DNA from: a bacterium
GTDB lineage: Bacteria; JAMOTN01
Length of the DNA stretch: 45,695 bases
Reading direction: 5' to 3'
Assembly (NCBI GenBank): GCA_027062325.1
Contig: JAMOTN010000025.1
Span: forward strand, 1-45,695
This document shows, piece after piece, positions 14,447-23,915 of this stretch; within the stretch, counting starts at the first letter, position 1; each line of letters opens with the position of its first letter. The translations under genes were made by a program, and so were the position numbers. The notes below the pieces were generated by a model that was not told where the DNA came from, made no database searches, and saw nothing but the letters and a program-made list of their open reading frames with translations.

Positions 14447-15307
14447 TCATCTTAACCACTCCCTCAAAATAACCGCAAACTTTTTTCTCAATCTTTTTAC
14501 TTCATCATCAAAGCCAGCTCTCTTTGCAAGCTCAACTTCAAACTTAATCTCATCAACTCCTAAAAGATTTTCTATCTTTTTTAGTATATAGAAAGCTTCT
14601 GCATATCTCTTCTTGCTGTATAAGAGCCGGGATGCTACAACAGCTGCAGAAATTTTCCCAGCTTGAGCCGCAAATCTTAACATTTGGATAGCTTGATCCG
14701 TATCCAGAGAATACAATCCCATTCCTCTAAGATAGGCATACTCAAAAGCAGGAATAACATCTCTCAAGCCCTCAAGCCACTCTAAAGATTTCTTCAAATT
14801 TTTTCTTTTTAGTGCAAAAAATAAATACTCAACTACTCCTTCCATACTATTATTTTTCCCAGCTTCCACTTTTCCAGATTCCAAGCTGACAAATTTATCA
14901 ACTATATCTCTTGCCCTCTTGAAAAACTCTGACTCGTCAGTTGCCAGATTAAACTCTAAAAGTTCAATGAGTAAACTCTCCTCCCCCAACTTTTTTATAT
15001 GATCAACCACTTGCCTTAAAATATCAGCATCAACATTTGCTCTAATCCAACCAGACAACTTCAGTTGCTCATCCAATTCTAAACACTTAGCCATAACCAA
15101 TATACTGCTTAAATCTACATTCTCAACATTGATTTTTCCCACATATAAATTGCTTACAATTTTTCTCTCTTGTTCACAACTACTCACAACAATTCTTTTA
15201 AAACATCCAGAGAAGAAAATCAGCGTAAAGCTTACAACAACAAACAACAGCAATTTATTCACAATCCGATCATAACTTTTAGCTCCTCCATGCATATACT
15301 CAATCAT
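14447..15307 (-). CDS. putative lipoprotein, TPR-like helical
   Basis: Hydrophobic stretch ending in lipobox FSG-C; helical repeats in C-terminal half; RBS GGGAGG. Confidence 0.6.
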   Translation of the reverse strand: MIEYMHGGAKSYDRIVNKLLLFVVVSFTLIFFSGCFKRIVVSSCEQERKIVSNLYVGKINVENVDLSSILVMAKCLELDEQLKLSGWIRANVDADILRQVVDHIKKLGEESLLIELLEFNLATDESEFFKRARDIVDKFVSLESGKVEAGKNNSMEGVVEYLFFALKRKNLKKSLEWLEGLRDVIPAFEYAYLRGMGLYSLDTDQAIQMLRFAAQAGKISAAVVASRLLYSKKRYAEAFYILKKIENLLGVDEIKFEVELAKRAGFDDEVKRLRKKFAVILREWLR

Positions 15308-15459
15308 AAACCACTCTTACCTCCCAAATTTACCTTTAAACATTAGCAAAACCTCATAACTTCTCGTAAAATATAAATTGCGGCTCTGCAAAAAATTCTA
15401 CAATGCCATTGCTACCTGACAATTTACCTCATTTTTAGGTTATCAAAATTATAAGGAGA

Positions 15460-17142
15460 GTGATAGCTATGGCCACTTTTAAAGTTGAACTTCTTGATCT
15501 TAACGAAACAATAGAAGTCGAAGAAAACACCTCTTACGAATCAATAGCTCAAAAGTACCAGGATAAATTCGACGCAAAAATCTTAGCAGTGGTGGTAAAT
15601 AACAAATTAAAAGAACTTTTTAAAACTGTAAAGTTTGACTGCAAGTTAAAATTCGTAACATTAGCTTCTCTAGATGGAGAACGTATATACTCAAGAAGCC
15701 TATCTTTCGTAGCAGATGTAGCTGCACGCTCTCTATTTTCACACAAACTTTACATTTACGCCTCTTTGCATGGTGGTCTCTACTGCACACTCAAACCTCT
15801 TTCTGGAGTAGAAAAACCACTCCCAGAAGGTTGGCAGCTTCAATTGAAAGAGAAGATGGCTGAGATCATAGCAAAGGATATGCCTTTTATAAAAGTGAAG
15901 ATGCCAAAAGAACGCGCTTTAAAAGTGTTCAAGCAAGCGGATCTCATGGACAAGTACGAGTTATTTTCTCTCATTCCAAGGCAGACAATTTCAATATATT
16001 ACCTAGGCGAATACGTCAATTACTTTTACGGACATTTAGTTCCATCAACTGGCTATCTCGACAAATTTGATGTGAAGCCTTACAAGGATGGCTTCATTTT
16101 GCTATACCCGAGATGGCAACATTACTGGGATATAGCAGAGTTCAAAGAAATGAAAAACCTATCAACCGTTTACGAAGAGTATTCCAATTGGCTTAAGGTT
16201 CTCGGCATGGAAAAGATAAGCGACATAAATAAGATGATCCTCGATGGTAAGATAAAAGATTTGATCCTTCTATCGGAAGCACTCCAGGAAAAGAAGATAG
16301 CACAAATTGCAGATAAAATCAGCGAGAAAATAGACAAAGTAAGAGTAATTCTCATAGCAGGTCCATCTTCTTCAGGAAAAACTACCTTTTCAAAACGCCT
16401 TGCTATCCAACTGCGCGTTAACGGAGTAAAACCAATCCCCATTTCGTTAGACAATTACTTCTTAGATCGCGATAAGACTCCAAAAGATGAAAATGGAAAG
16501 CCAGACTGGGAATCAATTTACGCTTTAAACATAGAATTACTAAACGAACACCTCAATAAACTATTTGACGGTAAAGAAGTAGAACTGCCTTACTATGACT
16601 TCAGAACCGGCAAAAGCCGGCCAAGCGGAGAAATTATCAAACTCGATAAAGATGCAGTGCTAATTTTGGAAGGAATACACGCTCTAAACGACAAACTCAC
16701 CCCACACGTAGATCCAGAGCTGAAGTTTAAGATATACATATCAGCCTTGACCCAGCTTCATATCGACGACACAAACAGAATTCCAACTACCGACACACGC
16801 CTAATTAGAAGAATCGTCCGTGATCACAAATTCAGGGGTCATTCTCCAAAACAAACTATTCAGATGTGGAGCATGGTAAGGCGCGGGGAAGAAAGATGGA
16901 TTTTCCCATTCCAAGAGCAAGCTGATGCCTACTTCAACTCCGCACTTGTCTATGAACTTGGAATTCTAAGAAAATACGCTGTTCCTCTATTATCAGAAAT
17001 AACACGTGATCAACCTGAATTTGTAGAAGCAAGCAGACTATTGCGTTTCCTTGGATACTTTCTTCCAATGGAGGAAGAGGGAGCAATTCCACTAAACTCC
17101 ATATTGCGCGAATTCATAGGTGGAAGTTGCTTTAAGTATTAG
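15460..17142 (+). CDS. nucleoside (uridine) kinase with N-terminal TGS/ThrRS-like domain
   Basis: G.RIY.RSL.F, YFYGHLVPSTG, P-loop AGPSSSGKT, LDNYF, LEGIHALN, TTDTRLIRRIVRD, FIGGSCF; likely start ATG 15469. Confidence 0.9.
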   Translation: MIAMATFKVELLDLNETIEVEENTSYESIAQKYQDKFDAKILAVVVNNKLKELFKTVKFDCKLKFVTLASLDGERIYSRSLSFVADVAARSLFSHKLYIYASLHGGLYCTLKPLSGVEKPLPEGWQLQLKEKMAEIIAKDMPFIKVKMPKERALKVFKQADLMDKYELFSLIPRQTISIYYLGEYVNYFYGHLVPSTGYLDKFDVKPYKDGFILLYPRWQHYWDIAEFKEMKNLSTVYEEYSNWLKVLGMEKISDINKMILDGKIKDLILLSEALQEKKIAQIADKISEKIDKVRVILIAGPSSSGKTTFSKRLAIQLRVNGVKPIPISLDNYFLDRDKTPKDENGKPDWESIYALNIELLNEHLNKLFDGKEVELPYYDFRTGKSRPSGEIIKLDKDAVLILEGIHALNDKLTPHVDPELKFKIYISALTQLHIDDTNRIPTTDTRLIRRIVRDHKFRGHSPKQTIQMWSMVRRGEERWIFPFQEQADAYFNSALVYELGILRKYAVPLLSEITRDQPEFVEASRLLRFLGYFLPMEEEGAIPLNSILREFIGGSCFKY

Positions 17143-17475
17143 TTGTTGACAACAAAACAAAAATTTGCCAAAGAGGTGGCGTGCGTGTGCTTTTCTAAAA
17201 ACAACAGTTACACAGCGGCAGACACATTATCTCAAAATCTTTTGATTTGTCCAAAATGTCTTACGTGCGTAGAGAAATTTTCTCATGATCAAGAGGCAAT
17301 TTCTGTTGATCCAACTACATGTCCTTTCTGCAACACAGAGCTTGTCCAGCTAGAAAAAGAAAAACTAGAAGAGGTAATAGTAAAAGCAAAGCAATTTTTG
17401 AACAACAAAGGCAGCAGCCTATGGGATAAAATAAGACTAAAAGCAATAAACTTTATAGCAGAAAGCAAAATGTAA
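17143..17475 (+). CDS. small zinc-ribbon-like hypothetical protein (start uncertain)
   Basis: CPKC..C and CPFC motifs; lies between co-oriented genes. Confidence 0.55.
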   Translation: MLTTKQKFAKEVACVCFSKNNSYTAADTLSQNLLICPKCLTCVEKFSHDQEAISVDPTTCPFCNTELVQLEKEKLEEVIVKAKQFLNNKGSSLWDKIRLKAINFIAESKM

Positions 17476-17533
17476 CTTACAGAGTAAAATACCTAAGTTT
17501 GCAGGTTTATGAAACTTTAAAGGAGGGATTGAG

Positions 17534-18370
17534 ATGCTTGGTATTATTGGAGGAAGTGGCGTTCAAAATCTTGAAGGTATAAATTGGGAAGGGGAAATAG
17601 ATATATCAACTCCTTTTGGGCAACCATCATCTCCTGTAAAACTTGGGGAAATTGGTGGCAAAAAAATTGCATTCATCACAAGGCATGGCCCAGGCCATAC
17701 ATTTACCCCAACAGAGGTCCCCTACAGGGCAAACATATGGGCTCTCAAGAAAGTTGGAGTCACAGCAATTCTTTCTGTAAGTGCTGTCGGATCACTCAAA
17801 GAAGAATTTGCCCCTGGTGATTTTGTGATAATAGATGACTTCATAGATAAAACGTTTGCTCGCGAAAATACCTTTTTCAAAGATTTAGGAGTAGTGGCAC
17901 ACACACCTCTTGCACCTGCTGCATGTCCAACGCTAAAGGAGATTGTCAAAAAAGCAGCTAAGGAAGCAGGAGTTGATCTCAAAGAAGGCGGTGTATATGT
18001 GTGTATAGAAGGACCTCAGTTTTCCACCATGGCAGAAAGTAAAATGCACCAACAGTGGGGAGCATCCATCGTTGGTATGACAAACGCAACTGAGTTTAGA
18101 TTAGCAAGAGAAGCAGGTCTCTGTTATCTATCCATATCCATGGTCACCGATTACGACGTCTGGAAAGAGCACAAAGTTGATGCTCAAGAAGTATTGAAAG
18201 TTATGGCTGCAAACATCAGCAAAGCTCAAAAGCTTATTCCTTACATAGTAAAGCATTTTGATGACAATCCCGAGTGCGTTTGTCATCTGCTGAACAAAAA
18301 CGCCGTTGTTACAGATCCAACAAAAGTCACAGATGACATTAGAGAAATTATCGATTTTTTGTTAGAATAG
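17534..18370 (+). CDS. mtnP: S-methyl-5'-thioadenosine phosphorylase
   Basis: GIIGGSG, TPFG.PS, RHG..H, YRANIWALK, SAVGSL, EGPQFST.AES, VGMT, MVTDYD motifs. Confidence 0.92.
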   Translation: MLGIIGGSGVQNLEGINWEGEIDISTPFGQPSSPVKLGEIGGKKIAFITRHGPGHTFTPTEVPYRANIWALKKVGVTAILSVSAVGSLKEEFAPGDFVIIDDFIDKTFARENTFFKDLGVVAHTPLAPAACPTLKEIVKKAAKEAGVDLKEGGVYVCIEGPQFSTMAESKMHQQWGASIVGMTNATEFRLAREAGLCYLSISMVTDYDVWKEHKVDAQEVLKVMAANISKAQKLIPYIVKHFDDNPECVCHLLNKNAVVTDPTKVTDDIREIIDFLLE

Positions 18371-18432
18371 TTTAGGTGTAGTTTTTTACAATACTAATAC
18401 TCCAGTGTGAAGAGGGCAGTGGAGGTAGTTTT

Positions 18433-18765
18433 ATGGGGAGAGTTCTTAAAATCACGGCTTCGCGTCCATGGACAGCAGGATGCGTAGTAAATTTATGGTT
18501 TGACATCCAAGATGGAAAGCCTGTGTGGTACACAGCAATGATGACAAGTCGTACTATTTACGAAGTATTTGTTATGCGCTGGATTCTAAAAACGTATGGA
18601 TTCGAAGTAGTTTACAAAGCAATTAATTACTTCTATTCCAAGCAGAAGAGGATTCCTGAAACAATCAAATCTATAATGCACATGCTAACAGCAAGAGGTT
18701 TGGTGTGGCATGAAGACGATAAAGCAAATGCCCAAGGTAAGAGTTGTCGCAGAAAAGTTGTATAG
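18433..18765 (+). CDS. hypothetical protein
   Basis: 110-aa ORF with RBS GGAGG, fills the gap in a plus-strand run; overlaps next ORF. Confidence 0.5.
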   Translation: MGRVLKITASRPWTAGCVVNLWFDIQDGKPVWYTAMMTSRTIYEVFVMRWILKTYGFEVVYKAINYFYSKQKRIPETIKSIMHMLTARGLVWHEDDKANAQGKSCRRKVV

Positions 18766-19312
18766 AGTGCTGGGTGCAGGGCCAATTTGTGTATTAACCA
18801 TTGAAGAAGAGGATAAGTTCACGGCTACCCCTGTAGCGTGGATGATGCCCTGCTCTTTTGATCCTCCAATGGTTGCAGTAGCCGTAGCTCCTGAAAGATT
18901 CTTTTTTGAAATTTTCAACTCTCAACTAAAAAAACGCGGAGTTGCTAGATGGGTAATAAATGTTCCTGCACCGGATCATCTTGAGCTCGTCATGAAGTTG
19001 GGTTCAAAAAGCGGGAAAGTATTCGACAAAAGTAAATTATTAAGTCTGGAACGTGTAGAGGTCAAAACAGCCTCTGATAATGCTAAGTTCCCGATTATAA
19101 GCGATTTTCCAATAAACGTAGCAGTAGAAAGTAAAACACAAAATTTCTTTAAAACAGGGGATCATCTTATAATAAGCGGATCAATTTTAACAGGCTGGGC
19201 TGAACGTGGTACTTTAGATAATGTAGGAATAGTTTATCCGGACAATCTAAAGCTACCACATCATGCAGGTTCCAATAAGTTTCTTATAAGTACTAATTTA
19301 ATCGAAGCTTAA
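18710..19312 (+). CDS. flavin reductase family (FMN-binding split barrel) protein
   Basis: P.AWMMP.S.DPPMVAVAV, VINVP, G.KSG...DK, GDH.I..G, HH.G motifs. Confidence 0.8.
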   Translation: MKTIKQMPKVRVVAEKLYRVLGAGPICVLTIEEEDKFTATPVAWMMPCSFDPPMVAVAVAPERFFFEIFNSQLKKRGVARWVINVPAPDHLELVMKLGSKSGKVFDKSKLLSLERVEVKTASDNAKFPIISDFPINVAVESKTQNFFKTGDHLIISGSILTGWAERGTLDNVGIVYPDNLKLPHHAGSNKFLISTNLIEA

Positions 19313-19329
19313 AAGGGAGGGATATCATC

Positions 19330-20094
19330 ATGAGAAAAATTCTAAACATTCTGATTATTCTTACACTTTTTTCATTCAGTGTTATGGCAACAGACAGCTA
19401 CAATTTAAAGTTCAAATTCAAACCTGGACAGGTTATAAAGTACGCAATGGTCATGAGTGGAAAAGTCGCAACCAAAGTTGCTCCCAAAAGTGGTGAAGCT
19501 AAGGAAGATAAAGGTTCTTTCAGAATTAACATGCTGCTTAAAGGGGAAGTAACTAAAGTTATGAATAGAGGACGTAAATTTGAAATTCTCTACTCTATTC
19601 TTAAGGGACAACAAGTTGTAAATAACGGCGTTCCCCAACCATTAACTTATGGTGATGTCAAAGTTTATGTAACCATGGATAACAAGGGGCGTGTCTTGGG
19701 GACTTTGAGCAATTCTCCTCAATTTTCCAACATTGGAAGCAGCAGTTTGAGTCTCCCAGAAAAGCCCGTTAAGGTGGGAGATAGCTGGAAAGCAGAGTTA
19801 AGTGGTAAAAATAATCCTGTTCCTACAATCGGCCTCTTTAAACTCGTCAAAGTTTATAAAAATAAGAGGGGCCACAAAATCGCCGTTATAAAAGTCAAAA
19901 CTTATTCAAAGAAAGTGCCGGGCATGCATCTTAAAGCTACCGCAACAGGCACTCTCTACTTTGACATTGACGACGGAATCATCACCAAATCAGTTGTGCG
20001 TAGCAAAGCTCACGTAAAGTATTTTGACAAGAATGCAGATGCTACTGTGGAGCAGAGCGTAAATTCAAGTGTGAAGATGGAGTTGATAAGGTAG
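19330..20094 (+). CDS. secreted beta-rich hypothetical protein
   Basis: Signal peptide (…SFSVMA), LKFKFKPG, LPEKPVKVGDSW, G.LYFD.DDG motifs; RBS GGGAGG. Confidence 0.65.
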   Translation: MRKILNILIILTLFSFSVMATDSYNLKFKFKPGQVIKYAMVMSGKVATKVAPKSGEAKEDKGSFRINMLLKGEVTKVMNRGRKFEILYSILKGQQVVNNGVPQPLTYGDVKVYVTMDNKGRVLGTLSNSPQFSNIGSSSLSLPEKPVKVGDSWKAELSGKNNPVPTIGLFKLVKVYKNKRGHKIAVIKVKTYSKKVPGMHLKATATGTLYFDIDDGIITKSVVRSKAHVKYFDKNADATVEQSVNSSVKMELIR

Positions 20095-20143
20095 AACATG
20101 GGCCTAGAATAAGCCCGGGAAGGAGATGAAGCTCTAAAATCCA

Positions 20144-20962
20144 ATGCAATCTATAAAATATTGCGAGACCTCCAAACTCACTGATACAACCTATGTTGTA
20201 AAGGCTGCCCTGCCCTGTAGGTTTGCAAAGCCAAGGGTGGGGCAGTTTTTAATTGTAGCTACTCAAAACACAGAGCGCATCCCCGTCACACCACTCTGGC
20301 TAGAAGAAGCGGAAGGAAAAATTCATTTCATTGTGGAAGTGGTAGGGGCATCAACTTATCAATTCATAGAAGATTTAAAGAATGGACTTTCTATAACTTC
20401 CCTGATGAAGGCTGGTAAACCAAATAATCTTCACGGAAAAATCCTTTTTATAGTTTCTCCAATTGCTGTAGGGGTCGCATCTTATGCAATACAAAATAGT
20501 GACATTAAAGACTATTACCTTGTTGTTGCATCAAGAAGTGAGAAGTACAGATCCATTTACTCCTATTTGACTAATTTCATTTCTGAAAACAAATCATTCT
20601 TTCACTGTGATCAAGATAGGAATCTTTCTAAAACTTTGGGTGAGTTAAAAGATACCATAAGCTTTTCTCCTGATATTGTTATGCTGGCAGGAAGTCCTAG
20701 TATGATGCGCTTTTCATTTGAAACATTGAAAACCGTATTTCCAAACTCAAAATTCGTTGCCTCATTAAATCCGATAATGCTTGATGGAACTGGTATGTGT
20801 GGTGCATGCCGAGTAGAAGTGGCAGGTGAAGTGAAGTTTGCCTGTAAAGATGGTCCAGATTTCTTAGCAGAAGATATAAACTGGGACAATCTGATAGAGA
20901 GACAGAAATTCTACACATCCGAGGAAGAAGAAGCTAAGAGGCAGTTAATACTTGAGAACTAA
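20144..20962 (+). CDS. nfnA: NfnA/SudB-like FAD, [2Fe-2S] subunit (degenerate NAD-binding region)
   Basis: GQFLI...ERIP.T, VGAST, SLNPIMLDGTGMCGACRV...FACKDGPDF; overlaps nfnB. Confidence 0.75.
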   Translation: MQSIKYCETSKLTDTTYVVKAALPCRFAKPRVGQFLIVATQNTERIPVTPLWLEEAEGKIHFIVEVVGASTYQFIEDLKNGLSITSLMKAGKPNNLHGKILFIVSPIAVGVASYAIQNSDIKDYYLVVASRSEKYRSIYSYLTNFISENKSFFHCDQDRNLSKTLGELKDTISFSPDIVMLAGSPSMMRFSFETLKTVFPNSKFVASLNPIMLDGTGMCGACRVEVAGEVKFACKDGPDFLAEDINWDNLIERQKFYTSEEEEAKRQLILEN

Positions 20963-22322
20963 CGTTGGAGGGGAGCAGATGAGATTCCCTGATAAGCTAT
21001 ACCTTGCTGAACTAGATCCAAACGAGCGAATCGAAAATTTTGCAGAAGTTACTCGATCCGTTACTCTTTCACAAGTACAACAAGAAGCTGCAAGATGCCT
21101 TTCGTGTAAGAGCAAACCATGTTCCACAAATTGCCCCATCCACACTAAAATTCCAGAGATAATCCGTTTAATTAAGAACAACTCTTTGAAAGAGGCAACT
21201 TTACTTCTTCTTAAAGATAATCCTCTTCCTGCTATAACTGGACGTGTATGTCCTCAAGAAAGATACTGCGAAGGAAACTGTGTTTTAGCCAAAAACAGCA
21301 TCTCATTCGGAGCAATTGAGCGTTTTTTAGGAGATAAACTTCTCTTAGAAAGCACTATTTCTCCTGAAGAGTTAAAGCCGAAGGAATTAAGCTCTAAAAA
21401 AATTTCGGTTGCTATAATTGGCTCAGGTCCAGCCGGATTATCTTCGGCATTTTTTCTAACCTTGAATGGAGCGGAAGTAGCAGTATTTGAAGCCTTGGAT
21501 AAAGTAGGAGGCGTTTTAAGATACGGTATCCCAGAATTCAGACTCCCAAAAATGATCCTTGACTTACAAATTTCTTTCTTAGAAGAGTTAGGTGTGCAAT
21601 TTTTCACATCCTGCAGGATTGAAAAAGAAGACCTTGAAAAACTTGTTGAAGAATTTGATTACATTATAATGGCAACCGGAGCTGGCTTACCACGCCTTAT
21701 TGATATTCCCGGGATAAACTCGCCGCGTGTTATAACTGCCAATGAACTCCTATTCCGAGTAAACTACATGGAGGCTTACAAGTTCCCCGAAAAGCTCACC
21801 CCTGTCAAAAGGCCTGCTTCAGAATTACGAGATAAGGTGCATGCAGTTGTAGTTGGCGCAGGCAACACTGCCATGGATGCTGCAAGAGTCTTAAGACGAC
21901 TTGGCTACAAGGTCATTGTCGCTTATAGGCGCAGCATTTCAGAGTCTCGTGCACGTTACGCTGAGATAACCCATGCCATGGAAGAAGGAGTCAAATTTAA
22001 AGAGTACGTAGTTCCTGTAAAAGTATCATCAACTAATGATCCGATACACCCTCTCAAGATAACACTTGCTAAAACCAAAGTTGAGGGGAAGAAAGTTATT
22101 ACTCTTGAGAAAACTGAGACTCTTTATGCCTCACTTATGGTACTTGCAATTGGTTCACGCCGCAACTTCATAGAGGGAACAAGGGACTGGATAAAAGATT
22201 TTTCAACCAAAACAACCCAGTCACGAATCTTCGCAGCAGGAGATATAATAAGAGGCGCTGCCACTGTTATCGAGGCAGTCGCTGACGGTAAACGCTGTGC
22301 CGAACAGGTGTTAGAGAGGTAA
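20952..22322 (+). CDS. nfnB: NfnB/SudA (GltD-like) NAD(P)H-dependent Fe-S flavoprotein
   Basis: RCLSCKSKPCSTNCP, GRVCPQERYCEGNC, GSGPAG, YGIPEFRLPK, GAGNTAMD, YRRS, FAAGD..G.ATV motifs. Confidence 0.85.
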   Translation: MRTNVGGEQMRFPDKLYLAELDPNERIENFAEVTRSVTLSQVQQEAARCLSCKSKPCSTNCPIHTKIPEIIRLIKNNSLKEATLLLLKDNPLPAITGRVCPQERYCEGNCVLAKNSISFGAIERFLGDKLLLESTISPEELKPKELSSKKISVAIIGSGPAGLSSAFFLTLNGAEVAVFEALDKVGGVLRYGIPEFRLPKMILDLQISFLEELGVQFFTSCRIEKEDLEKLVEEFDYIIMATGAGLPRLIDIPGINSPRVITANELLFRVNYMEAYKFPEKLTPVKRPASELRDKVHAVVVGAGNTAMDAARVLRRLGYKVIVAYRRSISESRARYAEITHAMEEGVKFKEYVVPVKVSSTNDPIHPLKITLAKTKVEGKKVITLEKTETLYASLMVLAIGSRRNFIEGTRDWIKDFSTKTTQSRIFAAGDIIRGAATVIEAVADGKRCAEQVLER

Positions 22323-22345
22323 AATTGCCATTGCCAATCAACCTT

Positions 22346-23887
22346 TTACCTCCTCTTGCCCCTTTTTCTATCATTATGCCGTTCATGCCGTCTAAAACTA
22401 TTCCTATTCCCAATTCTTGCATTTTGATTATTCTTGTACTCTCTTTCCTCCAATCTTCTTTTTTCCTCAACCAATGCAGTTACAAACTCCAGCATATTAA
22501 GAAAGTCCTTTACTTCTCTTTTTTCCGCTAAGGAAACTATTTTAGATAATACATTTGCTCCTCTATTTTCCATAATCTTCTTTAAAAAGTGATCTACCAC
22601 TAAGACAGAAAATCTTTCCTTATCCTCCTTTGTCCAATTAAGCTTATACACTCTATCATGAACAGTTATCAACATCTTAATCAAACTTTTAGCTGTGTCC
22701 TCCATCTTTTTTCCAACATTTAAGGACATAATTCTATTTCTTAACTTCTGCAAATTCATATTCCGCCAATCCTCGTAAAATGACGCCACATCAAATCTAT
22801 CATCCATTTTTATTTCGATAAGCGAAGCTATCCACGTAATCCTTGGCTCTGGTGGAGTAAATTTCACTTTTCCCGTTAAATCCAACACCCCAAAGCCGTA
22901 AGTCTTTTTTCCTAAGCTATATTTCCATATCGTCTTGGGCAATTTTTCCATACTTATCCTACGATTTTTCCTGTAATAAGGGTACTCCCTTCTCGCATCT
23001 ATCTTTTCATCTCTTATCTCCTCTAAAAATACGCTTTTGGCTGCCACTCCCGTCCCAAATCCACTAATCAAATAGTAGCCTATAGGTTGTTCAAATAACC
23101 ATCCAACACTCTCTCCCATACTTTCATCCAACCTCAATCCAAAAACATCAAAATACCAAAGTGCCAGTAATTTCAATACCCCTTCTAAACTCGACAGATC
23201 TAAAGCCGCCACTTTTTTAGGATAATTTTCTTTTAAATCCTTAATCTGTTTTTTCATTTCTGAAGAACCCAGGATCTTTTCTTTTATAAATAAAAATAAA
23301 ATTTCATCCATCTCAACGATCAACTTAACAGGACTTCTAGTAGCAATAAAGTAATAATTTTGCCTTATCCTTTTTTTTCTAGTTGCCTCAGCACTAAAGT
23401 TTATATACTTTGCAGGATTTTCTTCAATACTTACTTTTACAAACTTCCCTATTTTGTTTAAATTGTCTTTTCCCAACCGCTCTAGCCTCACTACATCCTC
23501 ATTCCTTCCACTCATCTCAGCAAATTCTAAAACCTTATCGTAAAACACCTTTCCTACTTTCTCAAACAATTTATTAAGCCTTCTACCCCTAAACTTACTA
23601 AAATCAATTTTGTTGAACATCCCCGCAAATTTTGCTGCAGCAAATATGGTAGTTATAAACGCCCCTTTTATCTCTGTAGCCGGTATATACTTCATGTAAG
23701 CATATCTTTTAGGATCTGTTGCACTCAAAACTTTCTTAATAAACTCTATGTCAAAATTATCGCTTTTCTCAATCTTTTCCACCACAGCCGATAGCCAATC
23801 CGCAAATATCCCTTCCTTTCCTTTACTCTTAAAACAGAAAGGAGTAGCTGTCGTTACATTAAACTCTGCTCGCAACCACTTAACCAT
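22346..23887 (-). CDS. csm5: type III CRISPR RAMP Csm5 (Cas7 group) with ~170-aa C-terminal extension
   Basis: N-terminal T.TP strand, YIPATEIKGAF, G-rich GFGTG..AKS, PKT...GFGVL; downstream of csm2-csm3. Confidence 0.7.
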   Translation of the reverse strand: MVKWLRAEFNVTTATPFCFKSKGKEGIFADWLSAVVEKIEKSDNFDIEFIKKVLSATDPKRYAYMKYIPATEIKGAFITTIFAAAKFAGMFNKIDFSKFRGRRLNKLFEKVGKVFYDKVLEFAEMSGRNEDVVRLERLGKDNLNKIGKFVKVSIEENPAKYINFSAEATRKKRIRQNYYFIATRSPVKLIVEMDEILFLFIKEKILGSSEMKKQIKDLKENYPKKVAALDLSSLEGVLKLLALWYFDVFGLRLDESMGESVGWLFEQPIGYYLISGFGTGVAAKSVFLEEIRDEKIDARREYPYYRKNRRISMEKLPKTIWKYSLGKKTYGFGVLDLTGKVKFTPPEPRITWIASLIEIKMDDRFDVASFYEDWRNMNLQKLRNRIMSLNVGKKMEDTAKSLIKMLITVHDRVYKLNWTKEDKERFSVLVVDHFLKKIMENRGANVLSKIVSLAEKREVKDFLNMLEFVTALVEEKRRLEEREYKNNQNARIGNRNSFRRHERHNDRKRGKRR

Positions 23888-23915
23888 ATAAACTCCTCCC
23901 AGTAGCTATAATCCA

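Noticed and set aside
20952-22322. Glutamate synthase small subunit (gltD)
   Set aside because: No gltB nearby; overlap with an NfnA/SudB-like gene indicates NfnAB.
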